50,231 nt of DNA from an uncultured Dehalococcoidia bacterium (lineage in GTDB: Bacteria; Chloroflexota; Dehalococcoidia; Lucifugimonadales; UBA826): the NCBI GenBank assembly GCA_964435605.1, contig CAYTAN010000001.1, positions 3,278 through 53,508 on the forward strand. The letters run 5' to 3'. The position numbers and the translations under genes are program-made. Shown here piece by piece: positions 19,275 through 28,591 of the stretch (positions are counted from its first letter, which is position 1; every line of letters begins with the position of its first letter). Below the pieces are notes generated by a model. That model was not told the DNA's origin, did not search any database, and worked only from the letters and a program-made list of their open reading frames with translations.

Positions 19275-20687
19275 ATGGCAGAATCGCAAGTTTATTATAT
19301 GGATGCACATTCTGAATCAACAGAGACTGCACTTGCAGCGAAGATGATTACAGTTTTTGACGCTGCTGGTCTCGATGAGATGGTCGAACCTAACGATATC
19401 GTTGCTATCAAGGTGCACTGCGGAGAGTGGAATAATTCCGCTTATCTCAGGCCCGTGTATGCTCGGCAATTGGCTGACCGAATCAAGGAGCTTGGAGGCC
19501 GACCATTCGTCTGTGACACAACTACTTCGTCCTACTCACCATGGGGTTCAAGAACATCGGAGATCGATATACTTCTGACTGCTGAGAGAAATGGATATAG
19601 CTCGGCTACACTGGGTTGCCCGTTCATATGTGCGGATGGGTTTATTGGGACTAGTGATTTCGTTGTTGACATACCTGAGGGATATTTGCTTAAAGAGGCA
19701 TATGTTGCTCAAGCCATTGCAGCTGCTGACGCAGTAGTTGCTTTGACCCATTTCAAGGGACACAGTATGGGAGTTATTGGTGGTGCACTTAAGAACCTCG
19801 GGATTGGAGCTCAATCTAAAAGAGGTAAGTTTAACGTTCACATGGGTGGGCACCCCACCTACGGCCTGGGAGCCGCTGGGGTTTTTCATCCCGAAAACTT
19901 TAAGGGGAAAGCAGAGACTCCTGACTGGGAGATATTAGAGGATTGCTGCCCATTTGATCTATATCACATCAATGAGAAGGACGAACTCGAATGGGATGGT
20001 GATAAATGTGCGAATTGTTTGGGGTGTTTTGGCGTAATGGGCCCCAGAGGTTTGATGGATATCCCTCCAGTACAGTTTGATGCGGTGGATGCTGCCATAG
20101 CTGACGCTTGCCTGGGAGTTGAAAAAGCCGTTGGCAGGGACAAAGTAGGTTACATTAACATGGCGTTGGATGTGTCCCCACGATGTGATTGCGCAAACCA
20201 CGCTGATGTGCCAATAGTGCCCCACCTGGGTGTTTTTGCTAGTAAAGACGCCGTTGCTATAGATATGGCATGTGTCGACAAAGCGAGAGAGGCCGAAGGC
20301 ATAAGAGGATCGGCTGCAGAAATGATGGAAGCTCACCATGCCGGCGACAAGAAATTTGAGGCAGCTGCGGCAACGTTCCACGGCCAAAGTGAAGTAACCA
20401 GCATCAATACTGGTCACGAAATCGGACTAGGTAGCAGGGACTACGAGTTAATTGAATGTGAACCAGACAGCCCAGAGCGTCATAAGTTCCCATATGATCG
20501 AAGGCCAAGCAGGCAACGGTTTGGGGAAAGATTTAAGAAGTTCCAACCATTCCCATACGATAAGTTTGATGGTAAGGGCTTTAACAGGCTAGACGTGGTT
20601 GACCTTGACAAAGTCAAGAGACACTACGAGGATGCTGCTGAGGTCGTTGAAGTCGATGAAGCTGTTCATGCGGATGGCGACGACTAA
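19275..20687 (+). CDS. DUF362 domain protein with an inserted ferredoxin-like Cys cluster
   Basis: The start is set at MAESQVYYMD (ATG 19275) because GGAGGA lies at 19265-19270. It has a DUF362-like core (IKVHCGEW..., THFKGH, CDCANH) and a CxxCxxC motif (CANCLGC). The acidic and basic C-terminal tail contains a repeated FPYD(R/K) motif. Confidence 0.7.
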   Translation: MAESQVYYMDAHSESTETALAAKMITVFDAAGLDEMVEPNDIVAIKVHCGEWNNSAYLRPVYARQLADRIKELGGRPFVCDTTTSSYSPWGSRTSEIDILLTAERNGYSSATLGCPFICADGFIGTSDFVVDIPEGYLLKEAYVAQAIAAADAVVALTHFKGHSMGVIGGALKNLGIGAQSKRGKFNVHMGGHPTYGLGAAGVFHPENFKGKAETPDWEILEDCCPFDLYHINEKDELEWDGDKCANCLGCFGVMGPRGLMDIPPVQFDAVDAAIADACLGVEKAVGRDKVGYINMALDVSPRCDCANHADVPIVPHLGVFASKDAVAIDMACVDKAREAEGIRGSAAEMMEAHHAGDKKFEAAAATFHGQSEVTSINTGHEIGLGSRDYELIECEPDSPERHKFPYDRRPSRQRFGERFKKFQPFPYDKFDGKGFNRLDVVDLDKVKRHYEDAAEVVEVDEAVHADGDD

Positions 20688-20723
20688 GCCTGCAATAGAG
20701 GTAAATCGCAAAGCTATAAGAAT

Positions 20724-20760
20724 AAAGGGCGGCCACATTGAGTGGTTCGCCCTTTATGTT
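20724..20760 (+). terminator. possible intrinsic terminator or attenuator after the DUF362 gene
   Basis: Interrupted hairpin AAAGGGCG-g-CCAC/attga/GTGG-tt-CGCCCTTT followed by ATGTT. The T-tail is weak. Confidence 0.4.
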
Positions 20761-20787
20761 TAAAAATTTAGATAGGAGAAAAATCGT

Positions 20788-21111
20788 ATGCCACAGTCGG
20801 GACAAGAGATGCTAGAGGAGTCTATACAAAATTGTAAAAAAATTGCCGAGGGCTTGGGACAGCAGAATGAATCCTGGGAAACTTCTTTAGTTGAAATAGT
20901 TGAGAAGTTTGAAGAGTTAAGCGATACATTTTTCTTCAAAACCATGCCCAGTGTTCCTGTGACTAGGTCTGCAATGAGAAACTCTGTCGAATTGCTGGAA
21001 TTGAAAGAATCAGGGAATTGGGATTCATTTAGCCCCGCTCTTGCTTCGCTTATCGAAAGCTCTCAAGTTGTGATTGAAAAAGCCGGAATGAAAGGAACCA
21101 CACTGACATGA
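20788..21111 (+). CDS. hypothetical helical protein (107 aa)
   Basis: AGGAGA RBS lies 7-8 nt upstream of the ATG. The stop overlaps the next gene's start (ATGA at 21108-21111). No motif was recognised. Confidence 0.5.
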   Translation: MPQSGQEMLEESIQNCKKIAEGLGQQNESWETSLVEIVEKFEELSDTFFFKTMPSVPVTRSAMRNSVELLELKESGNWDSFSPALASLIESSQVVIEKAGMKGTTLT

Positions 21112-21983
21112 CCGATCCAGTTTTGATTACTGGAGGAGCTGGTAGCGTGGGGCGCCAACTGACTGGTATGTTCTTGGAAGCTGGCCGCCCAGTAAGGATT
21201 TTTGATCTACCTTTTATGGATTTCGACGGTCTCGAAGGTCAAGAGGGGATAGAGGTAGTGAAAGGCGATATAACAGAGAGTGAATCTGTTATGGACGCAG
21301 TCAAAGGCGTGGGTAGTGTACTTCATCTAGCCGCCTTGTTACCTCCTAATAGCGAGAAAGATAAGCAGAAAACTTTTGCTGTAAATGTCGACGGTACCAA
21401 GAACATTGTTGATGCTGTAACCCAGGTTGCGCCAGAAGCGATAGTCGTATTTACTTCTTCGATCAGCACGTATGGCGACACATCTGAGGAAGATGCTCCT
21501 GTAGGAGTGGGACATTCACAGAGCGCAATCGACATATATGCAGACAGTAAGATACATGGGGAAAAAATAGTTAGAGAATCCGAAGTGAAATCGATTATTC
21601 TTAGGATCGGGAGTATAGCGGTGCCTGCTTTCTTGGCCCCACCTGAACCCTGGCCATTTACAGCAGCACAGCGAGTTGAAATGGTTCATAGAGATGATGT
21701 GGCCGATGCACTGTTAGCCAGCGCAGATTCTGAAGAATCTGTTGGTAAAGTGTTTAATATAGCCGGCGGGAACAGTTGGAGGCTGACGGGGAAAGATTAC
21801 GTAGAGGACTTTTTTAACTTTATGGGAGCTCCGGTTGATCTTGCTGTTTACAGAGAATCCACAGGATGGAATGACTGGTATGATACTGAAGAATCCCAGC
21901 GTATTCTCGGATATCAAAATAGGTCGTATCAGCACTACTCGGATGAAATGAGAGCGATTGTTGAAGAAATGATGTCAGGATAA
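21108..21983 (+). CDS. NAD(P)-dependent epimerase/dehydratase family protein
   Basis: It has the Rossmann motif VLITGGAGSVGRQL, is 291 aa long, and has an extended-SDR-like YxxxK context (YADSK). Confidence 0.8.
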   Translation: MTDPVLITGGAGSVGRQLTGMFLEAGRPVRIFDLPFMDFDGLEGQEGIEVVKGDITESESVMDAVKGVGSVLHLAALLPPNSEKDKQKTFAVNVDGTKNIVDAVTQVAPEAIVVFTSSISTYGDTSEEDAPVGVGHSQSAIDIYADSKIHGEKIVRESEVKSIILRIGSIAVPAFLAPPEPWPFTAAQRVEMVHRDDVADALLASADSEESVGKVFNIAGGNSWRLTGKDYVEDFFNFMGAPVDLAVYRESTGWNDWYDTEESQRILGYQNRSYQHYSDEMRAIVEEMMSG

Positions 21984-22014
21984 GTTTTCTACAGTGAAAT
22001 GATAGAGGTCGGTT

Positions 22015-22854
22015 ATGGTCCAAGCAACTGAAAAAACTGTGTTAGAGAAGAGAGAACTTCTAGTTTCGTTGATAAGAGAAATGGAATCTTTGATCGTCGC
22101 GTATTCTGGAGGCGTTGATAGCGCTTTTCTGGCTGCGATTGGACATGAAGTTTTGGGGCAAAGGTCGGTTGCTGTCATAGCTGCTTCTCCAAGTTTAGCC
22201 CCTGCGGAGTTAGAGGAAGCCACCAAACTCGCACATGATTTGAACCTGAATTTCAAGGTAGTAAACACAAAAGAAGTTGAAAGATCGGATTATCAGGCTA
22301 ATAATCCCGATAGGTGTTTTTTTTGTAAAGATGAGCTTTATTCACATCTGATGAAATATGCTGAGGATGAGGAGATAAAAAATGTGTCGAATGGCACAAA
22401 TGTTGATGATCTTGGAGATTACAGACCCGGGCTTGAAGCTGCAAAACAGTATGGGGTCAGAAGTCCGCTTGTTGAGGCTGGATTAACGAAAAATGAAATC
22501 CGCGAACTATCTCAAGAGATGGGACTCCCAACCTGGGATAAACCCGCTCAAGCCTGTCTTTCATCCAGGATTCCATATGGGACTACAGTTACTGTTGAGG
22601 CACTTACGAAAATCGCGAAAGCTGAACATTTTCTAAGAAAAAAAGGCTTGAAACAACTCAGAGTAAGGCATCACGATACAGTCGCCAGAATTGAGGTAGA
22701 ACCACAGGATTTTGCCTTGGTGATGGAGGAAAATTTCAGATCCGAGGTTTCACAGTACTTTAAAACCATTGGTTATTCCTACGTAACAGTTGATCTTGAT
22801 GGATTTCGATCCGGCAGCTTGAATGAGATTCTTGCGGGTATCAATAAAAAATAG
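22015..22854 (+). CDS. larE: LarE-type ATP-dependent (PP-loop) sulfur transferase, three-cysteine class
   Basis: It has the PP-loop SGGVDSAFL plus DYRPGL, CLSSRIPYGT, VRVRHHDTVARIE and YVTVDLDGFRSG. These align colinearly with Lactobacillus plantarum LarE as I recall it. An additional CFFC motif is present. Confidence 0.85.
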   Translation: MVQATEKTVLEKRELLVSLIREMESLIVAYSGGVDSAFLAAIGHEVLGQRSVAVIAASPSLAPAELEEATKLAHDLNLNFKVVNTKEVERSDYQANNPDRCFFCKDELYSHLMKYAEDEEIKNVSNGTNVDDLGDYRPGLEAAKQYGVRSPLVEAGLTKNEIRELSQEMGLPTWDKPAQACLSSRIPYGTTVTVEALTKIAKAEHFLRKKGLKQLRVRHHDTVARIEVEPQDFALVMEENFRSEVSQYFKTIGYSYVTVDLDGFRSGSLNEILAGINKK

Positions 22855-22912
22855 AAATATTCTTTGTTGAGAAATTCACTTTTAAACTCTAACTGATTCT
22901 AGGAAATGGTTT

Positions 22913-24250
22913 ATGGAAAAACGAAAGATTCAGGCTGAAATAGACTCATACCAGACAAAGACTCCCAAGTCCCTAGAAATGCAGAGGAAGGCCTCTAGAT
23001 ACCTGCCAGGCGGTAGCTCACGCGGCACCGCTTATTTCGACCCATATCCTCATTTCATAGAAAGGGGGAAAGGATCCTATGTTTATGATGTAGATGGCAA
23101 TAAATATTTGGATTTCATGATTAACGCTACCAGTTTGATTTTAGGGCATGCGAATCGACATATATCCGCCGTAATTAAGGACCAAATCGATCTTGGTGCC
23201 GCCTATAGTGGACCTACTGAGAGTCAAATCAATTTGGCTGAGATCCTTTGTACGAGAATTCCATCGATAGACACCATTAGATTTACTAACTCTGGTACCG
23301 AAGCCACAATGATGGCGATCAGAGCCGCCAGACTATATACCGGGAAAGAGAAAATAGTAAAAATAGAAGGTGGGTACCATGGGTCCCACGAATATGTATC
23401 AGTAAGTGTTTATACCCCGCAAGATAAATTGAACCCTTCGGGGCCTGCTCCGATACCTGAATATGATGGGCAGCCTAAAAATGTGGCTGAAGGAGTTTTT
23501 GTTGTGGAGTATAACGATATTGAAGGTATGAGGGATATTTTGGATCGTTATTCCCATGAAATTGCATGCGTCATAATGGAACCAGTTGTCTCATCATTTG
23601 GTTATCTTCCCGCGGATCAGGAATATCTGGAATTTGTCAGAGAAAAAACTTCAGAACTGGGGATAGTACTCATATTTGATGAAGTTCAAAGTTTCAGGTT
23701 GTCCAGCGGAGGTGCTCAAGAATTTTTTAATGTCGTTCCAGATATGACAGCCTTAGGCAAAATAATCGGTGGCGGATTGGCTGTAGGCGCTTTTGGAGGA
23801 AAGAAAGAAATAATGAATGGATTCGATCCTTCGAACGGTGGTGCCGAAATAGCCCATGCCGGTACTTTCAATGCCAACCCGTTGACCATGAAGGCCGGCA
23901 TAGTTGTTATGGAAAGTCTCACAGATGACGTTTATCTAAGAATGAATGCTTTAGGTAAGGAAATAAGAGAAAAACTAAATGCCGTTTTCTCTGAATTGGA
24001 CGTATCAGTACAAATAACCGGCATAGGTTCATTTTTCGGTATGCATTTCACTGATAAAGCGATATCAAATTACAGGGATGTTGTGACAACGGAATCAGCT
24101 ACTAAGAAAGCATTTTTCCTTGCTATGCTAAATGAGGGAGTTCTACTGAACGGACTATCAGGTTCACTGAATGTGTATTCTACCGGTGAAGACGTTGATG
24201 AACTGGTTTCAGCAGTTAGAAAAGTAGCGGTAAGGTTGTTTAAATCGTGA
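22913..24250 (+). CDS. class III (GSA-aminomutase-like) PLP-dependent aminotransferase
   Basis: It has FTNSGTEATMMAIRAAR, DEVQSFRL and the PLP-Lys context LGKIIGGG. The N-terminal LPGGSSRGTAYF deviates from the HemL PGGVNSPVRAF signature, so I do not call it hemL. Confidence 0.85.
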   Translation: MEKRKIQAEIDSYQTKTPKSLEMQRKASRYLPGGSSRGTAYFDPYPHFIERGKGSYVYDVDGNKYLDFMINATSLILGHANRHISAVIKDQIDLGAAYSGPTESQINLAEILCTRIPSIDTIRFTNSGTEATMMAIRAARLYTGKEKIVKIEGGYHGSHEYVSVSVYTPQDKLNPSGPAPIPEYDGQPKNVAEGVFVVEYNDIEGMRDILDRYSHEIACVIMEPVVSSFGYLPADQEYLEFVREKTSELGIVLIFDEVQSFRLSSGGAQEFFNVVPDMTALGKIIGGGLAVGAFGGKKEIMNGFDPSNGGAEIAHAGTFNANPLTMKAGIVVMESLTDDVYLRMNALGKEIREKLNAVFSELDVSVQITGIGSFFGMHFTDKAISNYRDVVTTESATKKAFFLAMLNEGVLLNGLSGSLNVYSTGEDVDELVSAVRKVAVRLFKS

Positions 24251-26379
24251 CTTTTTCTGCCGAGGAAGTTTCCAAGTTTCCACCGCCAGGTATGGATTTT
24301 CCCACTTCATTTACATTTGACAGCGATGGTGACCGAGTATTATTTTTGCGAACTGTAGATTCCTTAACTGCTGCGGGAGTAAAAGGCCTATATTCTTATG
24401 ATATACGTGAGGGGCGAGAAACGTTAATAGCTGATCAGCTAAATAAATCTGATGCAGAAGAAAGCCTTGAAGAACAGTTAAGAAAGCAGCGACTAAGGCA
24501 AATGTCAACTGGGATCACCAGTTATATGTGGTCAAGCACGGGCAAGCTGCTCATTCCTTCTGGTAGTGATATTTACATACTCGACTCACTCTCTGGGGTA
24601 CCGCGATTACTGGTGTCATCTGAACATTATTCCTGTGTTGACCCCAAAATTTCTCCCGACGGCGAGTTAGTGTCTTTTGTAAGCAATGGTGAGATTTATC
24701 TCGTAGACATTAACGGAGGATCGCCGAGGCAATTGACTGTCGGCGATTCAGGTAAAACCCGTGGTTTGGCAGACTACATAGCTCAGGAAGAAATGCAGAG
24801 GGGAACCGGGTATTGGTGGTCTAAAGATAGTTCATACATCGCGTTCACAGAGGTCGATGAACGAATGGTCTCTAAATTTAACATTGCCCATATCGGTAAA
24901 GATAGCTATGGGCCGGAAGTATATGAACAGCACAGGTACCCGTTTGCAGGGGACATAAACCCTGACGTCAAGCTGGGCGTCATCCAAGTGAGCTCAGGGG
25001 ATATCAGATGGATTAATACAGACAAATATGAATATATCGCAAGGATTGATTGGCTGGATGACCAAAGATTGTTTGTGCAATTACAGGATCGGAGCCAAAA
25101 AAACCTTCAGGTGAGTTGTTTTGATGTTACTGATCTGTTGGAAAGGCCTATCCTGTCGGAGAGTAGTGATAACTGGATAAACTTACACAATATGTTCAGA
25201 CCTGTAGATGGGAATCGATTCATATGGGCTTCAGAACGTTCAGGATTTATGCATTTGTATCTTTATTCCGTCGATGGAACACTTATAAGACAGATTACTT
25301 CCGGTGAATGGCAGGTGGATGCGATTGCCGGCATAGATAGGAAAACTGACAAAGTATACTTTATGGCCACGCTTGAAGATGCAAAGGAGAGACATCTATA
25401 TCGAATAGATTTTGATGGTACCAAGTTAGAGAAATTGACATCAATCCCCGGGGTTCACTCCGTGTTTATGAATGTTAAATCGGATCGATTTGTAGATATT
25501 TATCACAGCTTGGTTCAGCCACCATCAATAAATATCTGTTCTGTCAACACAGGAGCTATCGAACGTAATATATTTCTGCAGGATTATGTCCATATCTCGG
25601 GTATAGATCTCAAGCCACCGGAGATGATTTCATTGATTACTCCTGAGGGTACCGAATTGTTTGGGGCGATTTATAAGCCTGATAAACAATATGGGGACGG
25701 TCCTTTTCCAACTGTTGTAAGTGTTTATGGTGGGCCACACGCTCAGATGGTTACAAACGGCTGGAATATGACAGTGGCAATGCGGGCACAATATCTTAGA
25801 GAAAAAGGATTCTTGGTTTTTGTTCTGGACAATCGAGGTAGTTCTCGGCGAGGAGCTACATTTGAATCGGTTATTAAAGGGAATATGGGAAATTTGGAAG
25901 TCGAAGATCAAGAATTCGGGCTGAATTGGTTGATTTCTCAAGGATTGGCTGACAAAAATAGGATTGGCATATATGGGTGGAGCTATGGTGGGTATATGGC
26001 GCTAATGTGTCTTGCGAAGAAACCAAATCTATTTAAATGTGCTGTGGCAGGTGCTCCGGTGACAAGCTGGGATGGATACGATACTCACTATACTGAGCGT
26101 TATATGGGGACTCCGGAAGAAAACAGAGCCGGGTACGAAAAAAGCAACGTTATGGCCCATGTTAAGAATATAGAGGGTGAATTGTTACTGGTCCATGGGT
26201 TAATTGATGAAAACGTGCATTTTAGACACACAGCCCGGTTAATCAATTCATTGATTTCAGAGAATAAATCCTACAATTTGTTGATCTTTCCAGATGAGCG
26301 TCACATGCCTAGACGTCAGGCAGATAGAGCCTATATGGAAACCAAAATAGCAGATTTCTTCTTAAAATCTCTTACGTAA
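24247..26379 (+). CDS. S9 family serine peptidase (dipeptidyl-peptidase IV-like: beta-propeller plus alpha/beta hydrolase)
   Basis: 710 aa with a GTG start overlapping the preceding stop (GTGA). The catalytic triad contexts are GWSYGGY (Ser), GLIDENV (Asp) and DERH (His). Confidence 0.88.
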   Translation: MTFSAEEVSKFPPPGMDFPTSFTFDSDGDRVLFLRTVDSLTAAGVKGLYSYDIREGRETLIADQLNKSDAEESLEEQLRKQRLRQMSTGITSYMWSSTGKLLIPSGSDIYILDSLSGVPRLLVSSEHYSCVDPKISPDGELVSFVSNGEIYLVDINGGSPRQLTVGDSGKTRGLADYIAQEEMQRGTGYWWSKDSSYIAFTEVDERMVSKFNIAHIGKDSYGPEVYEQHRYPFAGDINPDVKLGVIQVSSGDIRWINTDKYEYIARIDWLDDQRLFVQLQDRSQKNLQVSCFDVTDLLERPILSESSDNWINLHNMFRPVDGNRFIWASERSGFMHLYLYSVDGTLIRQITSGEWQVDAIAGIDRKTDKVYFMATLEDAKERHLYRIDFDGTKLEKLTSIPGVHSVFMNVKSDRFVDIYHSLVQPPSINICSVNTGAIERNIFLQDYVHISGIDLKPPEMISLITPEGTELFGAIYKPDKQYGDGPFPTVVSVYGGPHAQMVTNGWNMTVAMRAQYLREKGFLVFVLDNRGSSRRGATFESVIKGNMGNLEVEDQEFGLNWLISQGLADKNRIGIYGWSYGGYMALMCLAKKPNLFKCAVAGAPVTSWDGYDTHYTERYMGTPEENRAGYEKSNVMAHVKNIEGELLLVHGLIDENVHFRHTARLINSLISENKSYNLLIFPDERHMPRRQADRAYMETKIADFFLKSLT

Positions 26380-26385
26380 AATATC

Positions 26386-26414
26386 GATATTGGGCCTGCA
26401 ATATCAAGCTTTTT
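26386..26414 (+). terminator. weak candidate intrinsic terminator in a convergent gap
   Basis: GATATTG/ggcctg/CAATATC forms a 7-bp stem, followed by AAGCTTTTT. Confidence 0.35.
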
Positions 26415-26475
26415 CAAACGATTATATCTGCTACTGTAAGTAAGATTGATTCTTTGTAATTACATATTATAGAAA

Positions 26476-27267
26476 CTATTTACCCTTAAATTTGGGAACC
26501 CTTCTTTCCACAAACGCTGACTGTCCTTCTTTGAAGTCTTCGCTGTCAAAGTTACTAAAAGGTAGTAGTGTTTCTTCCTCACTTAAGTTGAATAATGAGG
26601 GGTTGTTTACAGTGGTTGACAGGATTTTTTTATGTCGCATTTGTGATAATGGGGCAAGGGGTACCATTTCGGCGGCAAGTTTGGAAACAATATCATCTAA
26701 TTTATTTTCGGGCACTACCTGATTAACTAGGCCCATTTGCAGCGCTTCTGTAGCGTCAAATATACGACCGCTTAGTAATATATATGAAGCATTTCCAGAG
26801 CCTGCTAAATTGATTAATCTTTTCATCTCTCGATATCCAACTAAAATTCCAAGTTTGGCCACTGGAATGCCAAATTTGCTTTTTTCCGAAGCTATTCGGA
26901 TATCTGTTGCCATAGACAATTCACATCCTCCACCGACGCATATTCCATTTATCTTGGATATCGTAGGTACGGGCATATTTTCAATGGCATCAAGTGCTCC
27001 ATCAAACGCATCCGAATAGATTCGACCAGAACATGAATCTTGTCTGTTTTTCTCAAAATCTTTTATATCTGCTCCAGCAGAAAATGACTTCCCACCGGCT
27101 CCAGTAAACACTACTACTCTAATATCTTTGTCCGCACTTAAATTTGTGATTTCTTTTAGCAGTATTTTCCATCCCTCATAATCTATAGCATTATGTTTTT
27201 CAGGTTGGTTAAAAGTGATAGTGGCGATTCCTTCTTGCACATCTAAAAGAAATTTGTTGCTTTCCAT
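26476..27267 (-). CDS. enoyl-CoA hydratase/isomerase (crotonase) family protein
   Basis: 263 aa with FSAGADIKDF and CVGGGCELSMATD oxyanion-hole motifs. Confidence 0.9.
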   Translation of the reverse strand: MESNKFLLDVQEGIATITFNQPEKHNAIDYEGWKILLKEITNLSADKDIRVVVFTGAGGKSFSAGADIKDFEKNRQDSCSGRIYSDAFDGALDAIENMPVPTISKINGICVGGGCELSMATDIRIASEKSKFGIPVAKLGILVGYREMKRLINLAGSGNASYILLSGRIFDATEALQMGLVNQVVPENKLDDIVSKLAAEMVPLAPLSQMRHKKILSTTVNNPSLFNLSEEETLLPFSNFDSEDFKEGQSAFVERRVPKFKGK

Positions 27268-27293
27268 TTTTCATTCCTGACAAAGAATATTTG

Positions 27294-28061
27294 CTAATAT
27301 GATGTGTATCCGCCATCCACTGGGATAGATACTCCGGTTACGTAGTCAGATGCTTTGCTTGAAAGAAATACTGCGGTTCCTGCCAAATCATCTGGCTCTC
27401 CCCATCTCTCATGAGGTATTCGGGTAAGTATGTGATCATATCGGTCTCTAAAATTGTCTTTAAGACCCTGAGTGAGATCAGTGTGAATCCACCCAGGGAG
27501 TATGGAGTTTGCCTGAATGTTGTCTTTCGCCCATGATACAGCTAGGGTTTTCGTCATTTGCACTATTCCACCTTTGCTCGATGCATATGCAACAGCCCAA
27601 TCAAGCCCAAAAATGGATGTCATAGAGCCTATGTTGATTATTTTGCCACCACCATTTTTTTTCATATGCGGATAAACTTCTTTAGAACATATAAATGCGC
27701 CAGTGAGATTTATGTCCACTACCTTATTCCATTCAGTTAAAGTGTATTCTTCAGGCCGTTTTCTTATACCGATACCGGCATTATTTATTAATATATCGAC
27801 GTTGCCGAATTTTTCGACCGACCTAGATATCATGTTTTGAACAGATGATTCATCGGTCACTTCGACCTCGATGCCTTCGCAATTGGTCCCCAGACCCTTC
27901 AATTTTGAAATTGACTCATCAGTTTTAGTTTTATTCCTAGCAGCAATGATAATATTGGCGCCTGCCTCGGCAAGACCGACAGCCATACCGAAACCGATGC
28001 CACCGTTTCCACCAGTTATTAAGGCTGTTTTTCCTTTCAGGTCGAATAATTTAGACTCCAT
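27294..28061 (-). CDS. short-chain dehydrogenase/reductase (classical SDR)
   Basis: It has TGGNGGIGFG (TGxxxGxG), NNAG and YASSK (YxxxK) motifs. It is 255 aa long. Confidence 0.9.
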   Translation of the reverse strand: MESKLFDLKGKTALITGGNGGIGFGMAVGLAEAGANIIIAARNKTKTDESISKLKGLGTNCEGIEVEVTDESSVQNMISRSVEKFGNVDILINNAGIGIRKRPEEYTLTEWNKVVDINLTGAFICSKEVYPHMKKNGGGKIINIGSMTSIFGLDWAVAYASSKGGIVQMTKTLAVSWAKDNIQANSILPGWIHTDLTQGLKDNFRDRYDHILTRIPHERWGEPDDLAGTAVFLSSKASDYVTGVSIPVDGGYTSY

Positions 28062-28105
28062 ATTTGCTCCTTGATCGTAGTTGTGCTGTTAATTGATTAT
28101 ACCTT

Positions 28106-28453
28106 TCATCTAATCGGACCGTTTGGCCTGGAGGCATCAAGTAACGCCAAAGTTTTTATGCCTAGAGGCGACCCCTGTTTCCTTCTTTTGGCTAAAAGAT
28201 CGAGAGACAGGTTGGATAAGTTTGGTTTTTCATTTACATGTTTACCATTTTGTTGGGCGCAATTTCTTAATAACACTTTTGCAGGCCTGATCGTTTTGTA
28301 CACACACTGAAAGGCATAAGGGCAAATGTATGAGAAACATGTGGTTCTCTCTTGATGTGACCGATTTAGATCTGATGTTGTTTTGGTGAACGGGTTAGAA
28401 AGGTATTTTTCCAGACGTTCTGTAGAAGTGCCAATGTCATTATTTGAGTCCAT
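28106..28453 (-). CDS. hypothetical 115-aa protein (doubtful gene)
   Basis: This is the only ORF of 60 aa or more on the operon strand in a 530-bp gap. No RBS or family motif was recognised. It contains four Cys (C-x4-C-x5-C-x15-C). Confidence 0.3.
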   Translation of the reverse strand: MDSNNDIGTSTERLEKYLSNPFTKTTSDLNRSHQERTTCFSYICPYAFQCVYKTIRPAKVLLRNCAQQNGKHVNEKPNLSNLSLDLLAKRRKQGSPLGIKTLALLDASRPNGPIR

Positions 28454-28485
28454 TCAATAAATTTTCCTAATGTGACTTATTGAAT
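28452..28485. repeat. perfect 9-bp inverted repeat ATTCAATAA-N16-TTATTGAAT
   Basis: Read directly from the sequence. The left arm abuts and overlaps the putative start codon (28451-28453) of the 115-aa ORF. It could be an operator or an RNA hairpin. Confidence 0.6.
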
Positions 28486-28591
28486 AGCCATTTATCGAGC
28501 ATTGAGGGGCTCCACGCTAAGTTAAGTCTAAGGAGTGCCTTGCATGAAATCTAGTTGAATTTGGACTATTTCGATCGACTTTAAGTCAGGA

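Noticed and set aside
22913-24250. Calling the class III aminotransferase hemL (glutamate-1-semialdehyde aminomutase)
   Set aside because: The N-terminal substrate-gating signature differs (LPGGSSRGTAYF vs the HemL-type PGGVNSPVRAF), and the context is not tetrapyrrole-related. I kept it as a generic GSA-aminomutase-like aminotransferase.
28071-28310. 79-aa plus-strand ORF in the 530-bp gap
   Set aside because: It begins inside the SDR gene's 5' flank on the opposite strand. It has no RBS, its translation is hydrophobic and Cys-rich with no motif, and it is antisense to the operon direction.
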